NCBI GenBank assembly: GCA_902793875.1
Contig: CADBFL010000001.1
Coordinates: 1-47,168 of the forward strand
From: an uncultured Eubacteriales bacterium
GTDB taxonomy: Bacteria; Bacillota; Clostridia; Peptostreptococcales; Anaerovoracaceae
Direction of reading: 5' to 3'
Length of the DNA stretch: 47,168 nt
Shown: piece by piece, positions 36,847-46,733 of the stretch
Numbering within the stretch: the first letter of the stretch is position 1
How the letters are laid out: every line of letters begins with the position of its first letter
Notes under the pieces: generated by a model
The model's input: only the letters and a program-made list of their open reading frames with translations
Told to the model about the DNA's origin: nothing
Databases searched by the model: none
Translations under genes and position numbers: made by a program

Positions 36847-37857
36847 TTATTTGTCCCATGGGACCTGATCGCGGTAGCTTCCGAAAGGAGTCACCGGCAG
36901 GTATACGTTCATGAGGAAGTTGCGGTCCTCGAGGTGCTTTTCATCGAGGCTCAGCTTTATGCAGACAGCCCAGCCGCCGTCAAACGTGAACTGGATCGTG
37001 TCTCTTGAGATCTCGCCGTATTTGCCTGTCGCCATCCTTACATCCAGTAGATCGGTAGGGAACCTGACAGGCTGGACGGTGTGGTTGGAGTTGTTCGGCA
37101 TGCAGCCGAGGCCCGCGTGGGAGTTGACGCAGCCTATGCGTGTGACCTCAAGCTCAGGTATAGGCTTGATGAAATAGTAGTCGTATTTGCCGTAGAAGAA
37201 ATCGAGCATTCTCTGCGGGGCTTCCGGATGGTACTTGCAGATGCGCGGGAGCTCGTTGCCTATCGCCTTGAGCATAGGACCGATGAGCTTGCCGTAGAGG
37301 AATTCTTCCTCGCGAAGAAGCTCGTGCCATGTTTCCGTGTCATACGGCTCAAAGGACTGAAGGATCTCGTTCATGTCCATAAAGTACTCATTGGAGCACG
37401 GCACGCGGAAGATCCTTTCGCCGAAGTCGTCGATCTCGTTGAACCTGCTCACGAAGTTGTCGTCGCGCATGTTAGGACTGCGGTCGGCAACCTTCATCGA
37501 TGAGAGCACGTTGGCGTCGCTCTTGACTGAGATCGATATGTGCCAGTCGAATTCAGGCCGCTCGATGAGCAGCTCGCCGAAAGAGTCTTCTTCGAGCTCC
37601 CTTACGAGGTAGTTGAAGCGGATCCTGAGAGGCTCTCCTCCCTTGAGGAAGACATACGGCTCTTTGGAAGTGATGCGCCTCATGGCAGGCCTTGCCTGTC
37701 TGTCGGCGAGCTTTTTGTCCGCGCCCGGAGCCTTGTCCCAGACCTTGAGAAAATACTGGTATTCTTCGTCATCCCTGAATTCATACGGGACATCTCTGTC
37801 CTGCAGGATGCTCTCGAGTGACCATGCCGTGGCTGCTACGAGAAGTTCGTTTATCAT
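36847..37857 (-). CDS. Hypothetical cytoplasmic protein, 336 aa, no family recognised
   Basis: I prefer the ATG at 37857 (MINELLVAATAW...), 7 nt after GGAGGA. The track's start at 38004 adds 49 residues with no RBS. There is no signal peptide or TM helix. It is the only substantial minus-strand gene besides gpsA. Confidence 0.7.
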   Translation of the reverse strand: MINELLVAATAWSLESILQDRDVPYEFRDDEEYQYFLKVWDKAPGADKKLADRQARPAMRRITSKEPYVFLKGGEPLRIRFNYLVRELEEDSFGELLIERPEFDWHISISVKSDANVLSSMKVADRSPNMRDDNFVSRFNEIDDFGERIFRVPCSNEYFMDMNEILQSFEPYDTETWHELLREEEFLYGKLIGPMLKAIGNELPRICKYHPEAPQRMLDFFYGKYDYYFIKPIPELEVTRIGCVNSHAGLGCMPNNSNHTVQPVRFPTDLLDVRMATGKYGEISRDTIQFTFDGGWAVCIKLSLDEKHLEDRNFLMNVYLPVTPFGSYRDQVPWDK

Positions 37858-38031
37858 AATGAAGTCCTCCGTACATATATCAGATAAGGAAATCTCATGC
37901 TGTTTAAGAGCGGCAGCGCCGCTACAGTTTATTATAAACCACGAGCGATAAAAAAACATCAAAGAGCGGATATTTTTTAGCGGCCTTGTGCTAAAATTAA
38001 ACATGGATCTCAGTTTCAGAGAGGACGGATA

Positions 38032-39522
38032 ATGACAGATATAACCAAACTGCAGAACGGCAGCGACATAAGAGGCATAGCCTCAGAGGGCGTGCCGGGC
38101 GAAGAGGTAGATCTCACAAGGGAAAGAGCGGGGCAGATAACAGGAGCGTTCTGCTACTGGCTCTCGAAGAAGGTGCAGAAGAACCCGGTAATGCTGAACA
38201 TATGCGTCGGCATGGATCCGAGGATATCGGGTCCCGAACTCAAAGAGGGCGTGCTCGAGGCGATCAGCCTCTGGGGCGCTCACGGCAGTGACGCCGGCAT
38301 AGCCACGACGCCCGCGATGTTCATGTCTACGGTCCTTCCGTATTTCGAATTCGACGGCGCCGTCATGATAACGGCCAGCCATCTTCCGTACAACAGGAAC
38401 GGCTTCAAGTTCTTCACCGCCGAAGGCGGACTCGAAAAGGAAGACATAGCCGAGATACTCAGGCTGGCTTCGCGATACAACTTCATAGGCGGAGTCTATG
38501 ACAGGGACGGGGCAAACGTGATGCCGATGTACGCGGCATATCTGCGCCAGATGATCACACAGGGCCTGGCCGATGTGCCGGGCTATCTGAAGGGCATGCA
38601 CATAGTGGTGGATGCCGGGAACGGAGCCGCGGGATTCTTTGCGTCGGAAGTCCTTGAGAAGCTGGGCGCCGATATAAGCGGAAGCCTCTATCTTGAACCG
38701 GACGGGACCTTCCCGAACCATCCTGCGAATCCGGAGGACAAAGACGCCATGGCTGAGATATGCAAAGCGGTCAGAGACAGCGGAGCCGATCTCGGCATAA
38801 TATTCGATGCCGACGGAGACAGATCGGCAGCGGTCGCTCCGGGCGGAAGGCCGCTGGCCAGAAATGAGATCGTAGCCCTGGCGGCTGCGCTGGCGGCTGA
38901 TGACTATCCGGGCGGCACCGTGGTCACGGACAGCGTCACATCCGATGAACTGCATGACTTCCTCGAAAAGAAGCTCGGGCTGAAGCACTTCAGATACAGA
39001 AGGGGATACAGGAACGTCATCGGCAAGGCGAAAGAGCTGAAAGAACAGGGGGAGAACGCCTTCCTCGCGATAGAAACATCGGGCCACGCGGCGTATTCCG
39101 ACAACTATTTCCTGGATGACGGGGCCTTTCTCGCGGTCCAGATAGTGGTCAACGCGGCCAGGCTCAAAAGAGACGGCAAGGAGATAACGGAGCTCATAAA
39201 AGGACTGAAGTCGCCGGCCGAGTCGGAGGAATTCAGGCTCAGGATAAAGGCCGAAGATTTCAGAAAGTACGGGCAGGGCGTGCTCGAGGACTTCGAGAAG
39301 TGGGCCGAGTACTCGAAGAAGTTCGAGGTCGTGAAGCCGAACTACGAGGGCGTAAGGGTCAACTACAGACTCGACGGCAAGTGCGGATGGTTCCTGCTGA
39401 GGATGTCGCTGCACGATCCGGTGATGCCTCTCAACATAGAGTCGGATGAAGAGGGAGGAGTCGAAAAGGCCCTCGCCGAGATACGCGAATTCATGAAAGG
39501 ATATAAAGAGATAGAACTGTAA
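38032..39522 (+). CDS. Phosphoglucomutase/phosphomannomutase family protein
   Basis: 496 aa with the active-site loop TASHLPYNRNGFKF, the metal loop FDADGDR and the sugar loop ETSGH. Confidence 0.9.
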   Translation: MTDITKLQNGSDIRGIASEGVPGEEVDLTRERAGQITGAFCYWLSKKVQKNPVMLNICVGMDPRISGPELKEGVLEAISLWGAHGSDAGIATTPAMFMSTVLPYFEFDGAVMITASHLPYNRNGFKFFTAEGGLEKEDIAEILRLASRYNFIGGVYDRDGANVMPMYAAYLRQMITQGLADVPGYLKGMHIVVDAGNGAAGFFASEVLEKLGADISGSLYLEPDGTFPNHPANPEDKDAMAEICKAVRDSGADLGIIFDADGDRSAAVAPGGRPLARNEIVALAAALAADDYPGGTVVTDSVTSDELHDFLEKKLGLKHFRYRRGYRNVIGKAKELKEQGENAFLAIETSGHAAYSDNYFLDDGAFLAVQIVVNAARLKRDGKEITELIKGLKSPAESEEFRLRIKAEDFRKYGQGVLEDFEKWAEYSKKFEVVKPNYEGVRVNYRLDGKCGWFLLRMSLHDPVMPLNIESDEEGGVEKALAEIREFMKGYKEIEL

Positions 39523-40373
39523 TGGCTAAGAATGCGGGATCGAAAAACACAAAGATAAGACGCGGCGCCGAGAACGTGATCATGGTCTGCCTTGCCCTGA
39601 TCGTGCTGGTGTCCGGCTGGAAGATATACACCATAATGCGCGGATATCACGAGGGGCAGCAGGTATATAAGAAGATATCAGAGCAGACCGCGAAGAACGG
39701 CTTCACCGGTGACATCGACTGGGACAAGCTCCGGAAGATAAACCCCGATGTCGTGGGATGGCTCTACTATAAAGACACCGTAATCGACTACCCTATAGTG
39801 CAGGGAGAGGACAACGACAGGTACCTGTGGACTCTGTTCGACGGCAGCGTCGGAGGCTTCGGCACGCTCTTTGCCGACGCCGCGACAGAGGCTCCGTTCA
39901 GGCAGTTCAATACGATAGTGTACGGCCATCACATGAAGGACGGCTCGATGTTCGCTCCGCTCAAGCAGCTCAAGTCGAGCGATTACGCGAAGGAACACCC
40001 TCAGCTCGAGCTGATCACGCCGGAAGGCAAATTCCATCTGGTCATATGGGCCTTCCTCAACCAGCCTGCGGACAGCCAGATATACGTGACCAACATACAC
40101 GATAAAACCGAGAGGGAAGAATATCTCAAACTCATCGAAGACCTCGCGGACTATACCACTGACGTGAAGGTCAGCGCCGACGACAGACTGGTCATACTTT
40201 CGACCTGCGCGTATGAGTACCAGGACGCCCGCTACATGGTGGTCGGAAAGATGGTCCCGTGGAAAGGCCAGAAGATCAACATGAGCTACGCCGAGCCTGA
40301 GGACGCGGAAGCGGATGCTGATGCTGATGCTGATGCTGATGCGGACACGGAAGAAGGCGGCGGGGACGAATAG
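39522..40373 (+). CDS. srtB: Class B sortase
   Basis: 283 aa with an N-terminal TM anchor, INPDVVGWL..IDYPIVQ, the catalytic-His context YGHHM, the catalytic-Cys context ILSTCAYE and an acidic (AD)n tail. Its start overlaps the preceding stop. Confidence 0.85.
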   Translation: MAKNAGSKNTKIRRGAENVIMVCLALIVLVSGWKIYTIMRGYHEGQQVYKKISEQTAKNGFTGDIDWDKLRKINPDVVGWLYYKDTVIDYPIVQGEDNDRYLWTLFDGSVGGFGTLFADAATEAPFRQFNTIVYGHHMKDGSMFAPLKQLKSSDYAKEHPQLELITPEGKFHLVIWAFLNQPADSQIYVTNIHDKTEREEYLKLIEDLADYTTDVKVSADDRLVILSTCAYEYQDARYMVVGKMVPWKGQKINMSYAEPEDAEADADADADADADTEEGGGDE

Positions 40374-40475
40374 CTCCCGGATGTGCAATCGGGAGCTCCG
40401 ATGTGATACAATTACTTTGTTGTTCAAAGCTGCGGCGTGCCGCCCGCGGGGATAAGCAAGTGAAAGGATGTAATT

Positions 40476-41024
40476 ATGGACTATAAAATGACTATCGCCG
40501 GACTCGAGAGACGTCTGCCTCTCTGCAGGGTAACAGACGACCTTTATATCGCCGGATTCATTATGTTCAATGATGTCGAGATCACGGAAGCGTGCGCAAA
40601 GGCTCTTCTCGAAAAGGCGCCTGACTTCGACGTGATGATCACAGCCGAGAGCAAGGGCATCCCTCTTGCATACGAGATGTCGCGCCAGTCAGGCAAGCCG
40701 TACATCGTTGCCCGCAAGGGAGTCAAGCTCTACATGCGCGACGCCATCATGGTGCACGTCAAGTCCATAACGACTTCGGGCGTGCAGACGCTCTGCCTCG
40801 GAAGAGACGAGAAAGAACTGATGGAAGGGAAGAAGATACTCATCGTCGATGACGTGATCAGCACCGGAGAATCGCTGAATGCGCTCGAACAGCTGGTGAA
40901 CGAAGTGGGAGGAAAGATCGTCGGCAAGTTCGCGGTGCTCGCTGAGGGCGAGGCTGCCGGGAGGAAGGATATACAGTTCCTCGAGTACCTGCCGCTCTTC
41001 ACGCCGGACGGCAAGCCGAAGTAG
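40476..41024 (+). CDS. Phosphoribosyltransferase (adenine-PRT-like)
   Basis: 182 aa with the PRPP-binding motif KILIVDDVISTGESL. Confidence 0.75.
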   Translation: MDYKMTIAGLERRLPLCRVTDDLYIAGFIMFNDVEITEACAKALLEKAPDFDVMITAESKGIPLAYEMSRQSGKPYIVARKGVKLYMRDAIMVHVKSITTSGVQTLCLGRDEKELMEGKKILIVDDVISTGESLNALEQLVNEVGGKIVGKFAVLAEGEAAGRKDIQFLEYLPLFTPDGKPK

Positions 41025-41052
41025 ACAGCGGCTCAAAGCATTGGAATCTCAG

Positions 41053-41079
41053 GCCTCCGTGCGCGGAGGCTTTTGATTT
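41053..41079 (+). terminator. Intrinsic terminator after the PRTase gene
   Basis: GCCTCCG-TGCG-CGGAGGC followed by TTTTGATTT. Confidence 0.75.
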
Positions 41080-41156
41080 GATCACAAAATAACGGGATTG
41101 TTTTGTATTTGGTACACAAATTAAACCTCTGAATTTGAGTTTTTTCACAAAAAGTA

Positions 41157-41185
41157 TTGACACACAATCTTCACAATGCTATCAT
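41157..41185 (+). promoter_or_regulatory. SigA-type promoter of the liv leader
   Basis: TTGACA (41157-41162), a 17-nt spacer, then TATCAT (41180-41185). Confidence 0.6.
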
Positions 41186-41226
41186 CACGCTGTACACAAA
41201 TTCTGTGCACTTGTAAAGGAGACCAA

Positions 41227-41322
41227 ATGTATTTCAGCTCAGGCGTGATCGTAATCAGCATTATCAGCGTCCTTCTGGTCGGCAGACTGGTAGAGGGCGA
41301 AATTATGCTGCAGGGCGATTGA
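41227..41322 (+). CDS. Ile/Val/Leu-rich leader mini-ORF (31 codons, MYFSSGVIVISIISVLLVGRLVEGEIMLQGD)
   Basis: ATG lies 5 nt after AAAGGAG. Fourteen of 31 codons are Ile/Val/Leu, with the block VIVISIISVLLV. It lies between the promoter and a hairpin upstream of the BCAA transporter operon. It could alternatively be a small hydrophobic peptide. Confidence 0.45.
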   Translation: MYFSSGVIVISIISVLLVGRLVEGEIMLQGD

Positions 41323-41352
41323 GTACAAAGGTCACTGAATCTGATGCTTGGG

Positions 41353-41380
41353 AGCCCGCAGCGATGCGGGCTTATTAAAT
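41353..41380 (+). terminator. Candidate attenuator hairpin in the liv leader
   Basis: A perfect 8-bp stem AGCCCGCA-GCGA-TGCGGGCT followed by a weak U tract (TATTAAAT). It sits 84 nt upstream of livJ. Confidence 0.4.
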
Positions 41381-41463
41381 GCCCGGGCAGGGACTCGCAA
41401 GTCACTTATCAGCTATCACTCAGTCAGTTAATTCTTAGGTAAATCAGGAAAGGGAGAAACAAA

Positions 41464-42642
41464 ATGAAAAAGACATGGGCAAAAGTCGTAGTTGTAGCAA
41501 TCTCCTGCATGATGGTGTTCTCGTTCGCGGCTTGCGGCAGCAAGAGCGGCGGAAGCGGCGGAGATGCAGGAGACAATACACTGAAGCTGGGAAGCACCGG
41601 CCCTCTTACAGGACCTGCAGCTATCTATGGTAACGCTGTAAAGAACGGCGGACAGATCGCTGTTGATGAGATCAATGCGGCTAATCCGGACGGCGTTCAG
41701 GTTTCGTGGCAGGTAGAGGACGATGAGGGTGACGGCGAGAAAGCAGTCAACGCATATAATAAGCTGGTCGATGACGGGATGCAGGTTCTTCTCGGTTCCG
41801 TAACATCCGGAGCATGCGTCGCAGTAGCGGAAAAAACATTCGAGGACAGAGTCTTCACACTTACGCCGTCTGCATCACAGACTGCCGTAACTGAAGGCAA
41901 GGACAATGTATTCCAGCTCTGCTTCAGAGACCCTGACCAGGGTACGATCTCGGCGGACTACATCGTAGAGAATTTCCCTGATGCGAAAGTAGGAGTTATC
42001 TACAACAATGCAAGTGACTATTCTGCGGGAATCTTCGATGGATTCAAGAAGGAGTTTGAGGCAAAGGGAAAAGAGATCGTAGCAGTAGAGGCGTTCGCGG
42101 ATGATGCAAACACTGATTTCCAGGCGCAGCTCAACTCGATGAAGAACGCAGGCGCAGACCTTGTGTTTGTTCCGAATTACTACACACCTGTATCGAACAT
42201 CCTCGTTCAGGCGGACAAGATGGGATACAAGCCGACATTCTTCGGTTGTGACGGCGTTGACGGAATCCTTACACTTGAGAACTTCGACAAGAATCTGGCA
42301 GAGGGAGTATACCTCCTGACACCGTTCACAGCTTCTGCTGAGGATGAAAAGACCCAGAAATTCGTTGAAGCATACAAAGAAGCTTACGGTGAGGAGCCTA
42401 ACCAGTTTGCAGCTGACGCATATGACTGCGTATATGCAGCATATGATGCCTTTGCTAAAACAGGCCTCAAAGCAGACGCTTCCGCAGCTGATATATGCGA
42501 AGCAATGGTCAGCCAGTTTACAGGCGGATTCTCATATGAAGGACTTACTGCCTCCGGTTCTATGAAATGGAAGGAGACGGGCGAAGTCGACAAGATGCCG
42601 GCTGTATATGTCATCGAAGGCGGAAAGTATGTTGAGAAGTAA
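41464..42642 (+). CDS. livJ: Branched-chain amino acid ABC transporter substrate-binding lipoprotein
   Basis: 392 aa with the lipobox FAAC-GSKSGG. It is a type I periplasmic-binding-protein (Leu/Ile/Val-binding) family member. Confidence 0.85.
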   Translation: MKKTWAKVVVVAISCMMVFSFAACGSKSGGSGGDAGDNTLKLGSTGPLTGPAAIYGNAVKNGGQIAVDEINAANPDGVQVSWQVEDDEGDGEKAVNAYNKLVDDGMQVLLGSVTSGACVAVAEKTFEDRVFTLTPSASQTAVTEGKDNVFQLCFRDPDQGTISADYIVENFPDAKVGVIYNNASDYSAGIFDGFKKEFEAKGKEIVAVEAFADDANTDFQAQLNSMKNAGADLVFVPNYYTPVSNILVQADKMGYKPTFFGCDGVDGILTLENFDKNLAEGVYLLTPFTASAEDEKTQKFVEAYKEAYGEEPNQFAADAYDCVYAAYDAFAKTGLKADASAADICEAMVSQFTGGFSYEGLTASGSMKWKETGEVDKMPAVYVIEGGKYVEK

Positions 42643-42736
42643 TACACTGACTGACTTAAGTGTATAGTTGTTGGCCGAGGGGTGTTGCATGCAATGTGCG
42701 GCACCCCGAAGCCGCGTTTAACAGAAAGAAGAAACC

Positions 42737-43621
42737 ATGAATTTTTTGACTAACATCATCTCAGGCCTCAGCCTGGGCAGCGTATATGCGATCATAGCGC
42801 TTGGATATACGATGGTCTATGGTATCTCAAAAATGCTTAACTTCGCCCACGGGGATGTCATCATGATCGGAGCGTACATGTCGTTCGTCATGACACAGTA
42901 CATCGGAGCGAACGGATGGATCGCCCTTCTGGTGGCCATGGCCGTATGCACTTTGCTCGGCATCACCATCGAGAGGCTGGCGTACCGACCTCTCCGCGGC
43001 ACAGGTTCCCTCGCTGTCCTGATAACGGCAATAGGAGTATCGTATTTTCTGCAGAATATGGCTCTTCTTATCTGGGGTGCAAATCCCAAGATGTTCACAA
43101 GCCTGTTCAAAGGAATGAGTCCTGTGCATGCTGCAGGAGGGAAGCTTACCATTACGCCGGAATCGATCCTCACCATAGCAGCCAACATCGTAATCATGAT
43201 CGCGCTGACGCTGTTTGTAAGCAAGACAAAAGCGGGCAAGGCTATGAGGGCCGTGTCCGAAGACAACGGGGCCGCCCAGCTCATGGGCATAAATGTCAAT
43301 CAGTCCATATCGCTCACCTTTGCGATAGGATCGGGACTTGCTGCCGTCGCCGGAGTGCTGATGTGCTCGGCTTATCCCATTCTGATGCCTACTACCGGCG
43401 CGATGCCGGGCATCAAGGCGTTCACTGCAGCAGTCTTCGGCGGTATCGGATCCATTCCGGGAGCGATGATCGGAGGGCTGATTCTTGGCCTGATCGAAAT
43501 CTTCTCGAGAGCATATATCTCGACAGAACTCTCAGACGCCATCGTGTTTGCATGCCTGATCATCGTGCTGCTGGTCAAGCCTACGGGTCTGCTCGGCAAG
43601 AAGATCAGCGAGAAAGTGTAG
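42737..43621 (+). CDS. livH: Branched-chain amino acid ABC transporter permease
   Basis: 294-aa polytopic LivH-type permease. Confidence 0.9.
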   Translation: MNFLTNIISGLSLGSVYAIIALGYTMVYGISKMLNFAHGDVIMIGAYMSFVMTQYIGANGWIALLVAMAVCTLLGITIERLAYRPLRGTGSLAVLITAIGVSYFLQNMALLIWGANPKMFTSLFKGMSPVHAAGGKLTITPESILTIAANIVIMIALTLFVSKTKAGKAMRAVSEDNGAAQLMGINVNQSISLTFAIGSGLAAVAGVLMCSAYPILMPTTGAMPGIKAFTAAVFGGIGSIPGAMIGGLILGLIEIFSRAYISTELSDAIVFACLIIVLLVKPTGLLGKKISEKV

Positions 43622-43628
43622 GTGAGCC

Positions 43629-44771
43629 ATGGCAGACAGAATTCTTAACCTGAAATCGATCGGCTCAAGGGGCCTCAAGAACGCCGTGAAGGGCAACGAA
43701 TACCGCAGAGAGGCTTCCATATCCTACGGGATCCTGATAATCGGATACATCCTGCTGTCGCTCGGCGCGGCTACAGGCCTTATCGGGCATAATCTTCAGG
43801 GGCAGTTCGTCCCGATCTGCGTGTATGTTTCGCTGGCCGTTTCGCTGAACCTCGTCGTGGGCATATCCGGAGAGCTTTCGCTCGGACACGCGGGCTTCAT
43901 GGCCGTCGGTGCATTCAGCGGCATAGTCATGGAACGCATGCTGCTAGCTCATATGAGCTTTGAACCGGCTGTCATGATACTATCGATGCTCTTCGGGGCA
44001 TGCATGGCGGCGATCGCGGGATTCATTATCGGCATCCCTATACTGGGACTGCGCGGCGACTACCTCGCCATCGTGACGCTCGCGTTCGGAGAGATAATAA
44101 GGAACTTCATGAACGTGCTCTACTTCGGCCTGGATGAAAACGGCCACCTGAAGTTCGCGTTCAATCATACCATCGAAGGCATAGAAAACAGCCAGAGAAT
44201 CATAACCGGAGCCATAGGAGCGACCGGAACAAAGACTATATCCACGTTCAACTGGGGCTTGCTGCTTTGCATCTTCACTGTCTTCGTTGTGCTCAACATG
44301 AAGAACTCCAAGCAGGGAAGAGCCATAATGGCAATCAGGGACAACCGCATCGCAGCAGAATCCATCGGACTCGATGTAAGGAAGTACAAGCTCATGGCGT
44401 TTGTCGTCAGCGCGGCTCTTGCCGGGATGGCGGGATGCCTGTTCGGACTGAACTACAGCACACTGGTGCCTCTTAAGTTCAACTTCAACACATCGGTACT
44501 GATCCTGGTGTTCGTCGTACTCGGCGGAGTAGGAAATATATGGGGCTGCATAATCGCGGCCACAGTGCTTACCATACTGCCTGAGGCATTCAGACAGTTC
44601 GCTGATTACAGGATGCTGACCTACGCCATCGTACTCATCCTTGTCATGATCTGCACATATAACCCGACCATCAAAGCCAGGGTCACGGCCATATGGAACA
44701 GGATCAACCCGTTCAAAAAGAAGGGCGGCGACAAACCGAAAAAGAAAAAGACCGGAAAGGAGGCTGCATAA
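43629..44771 (+). CDS. livM: Branched-chain amino acid ABC transporter permease
   Basis: 380-aa LivM-type permease with a Lys-rich C-terminal tail. Confidence 0.9.
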   Translation: MADRILNLKSIGSRGLKNAVKGNEYRREASISYGILIIGYILLSLGAATGLIGHNLQGQFVPICVYVSLAVSLNLVVGISGELSLGHAGFMAVGAFSGIVMERMLLAHMSFEPAVMILSMLFGACMAAIAGFIIGIPILGLRGDYLAIVTLAFGEIIRNFMNVLYFGLDENGHLKFAFNHTIEGIENSQRIITGAIGATGTKTISTFNWGLLLCIFTVFVVLNMKNSKQGRAIMAIRDNRIAAESIGLDVRKYKLMAFVVSAALAGMAGCLFGLNYSTLVPLKFNFNTSVLILVFVVLGGVGNIWGCIIAATVLTILPEAFRQFADYRMLTYAIVLILVMICTYNPTIKARVTAIWNRINPFKKKGGDKPKKKKTGKEAA

Positions 44772-45850
44772 ATGGCTCCAAAAGATAAAAGAGACGAGAT
44801 CCGCGAGACCGAAATCTCGGAAACCGGTCATACTTATGAGAACAGACAGGAGATATACTACAACGACAACGTCGGCGGAAGAGCCGTGTTCGTTGACTCC
44901 AAGGAGCAGTACGGACCGGACGAGCCGTACAATGATCAGGTCTATCTTCCTGAAAAGGACAAGGGCAAGGCGCCGGTGCTCGAAGTAAAGGGCCTCGGCA
45001 TAGACTTTGGCGGACTGACCGCGGTAGACAATTTCAACCTCACGCTCGGCAGGACCGAGATCGGCGGACTGATCGGACCTAACGGCGCCGGCAAGACCAC
45101 GATCTTCAACATGCTGACCAAGGTGTACGAGCCGACCAGGGGAGAGATCTTCTTTGACGGAAAGAGCACCAAGGGCATGACTACCGTGGACATCAACAAG
45201 GCCGGAATGGCGCGTACCTTCCAGAACATCAGGCTTTTCGACAAGCTGACTGTAGAGGAGAACATAAAGGTCGCCCTCCATCACACCACGGACTACGGTC
45301 TGATCAGCGGGATGTTCCACACGCCTAAGTACAGGCACGAGGAATTCCGCATCCGGAAGGAGGCGATGAAGTACCTCAAGATATTCGGCATGACGAAAAC
45401 TGCCGACTACAGGGCGGGGTCGCTGCCGTACGGAGCTCAGAGGAGGCTCGAGATCATGAGGGCTCTGGCTACAAAGCCTAAACTGCTGCTGCTCGACGAG
45501 CCTGCGGCGGGCATGAACCCGTCCGAGACATCCGAACTCATGGAGACCATCAAGGAGATCCGCGACAGGTTCCAGATCGCGATATTCCTGATCGAGCACG
45601 ACATGAACCTGGTCATGAACATCTGCGAGGGCATCGTGGTGCTCAATTACGGCCGCGTCATCGCCAAGGGCAGCGCGTCCGAGATCCAGAGCAATCCGAA
45701 GGTCATCGAGGCCTACCTCGGCAAGAGCAGAGGCAAGATGGAAGAGGAAGAAAAGAACGAGGACATCGAGGAAGCTCTCAGCAAGGGCAAGCTCGAATCC
45801 GCTGCTTCCGGCAAGCCTGACGCCGGGTCATCGGGGAAGGAGGTCGGATA

Positions 45851-45851
<1 letters not shown>
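44772..45851 (+). CDS. livG: Branched-chain amino acid ABC transporter ATP-binding protein with N- and C-terminal extensions
   Basis: 359 aa with Walker A GPNGAGKTT and the signature YGAQRRLE. The ATG abuts the livM stop. An alternative GTG start at 44976 (VLEVKGL) would remove a 68-aa acidic N-terminal extension. Confidence 0.8.
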
Positions 45852-46561
<710 letters not shown>

Positions 46562-46733
46562 ATACCGCGGCAAAGCAGCTGCGCGCGGTCATTGATGCAT
46601 CTTCAGCGGCTCCGGATCCTGTCCGGGGCCGCTTGCATGTCTCATAAGAGTATACACTACGGAATGGAACGGAAAGACTCGAAAGAGCCGGAGGCTGCCA
46701 TTCCGGTCGGCTGTAGATGCATGGAGGAATAGA

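Noticed and set aside
37858-38004. 49-residue N-terminal extension of the orphan minus-strand protein (track start 38004)
   Set aside because: There is no RBS at that start and the extension is hydrophobic junk-like sequence. The internal ATG at 37857 has GGAGGA at ideal spacing.
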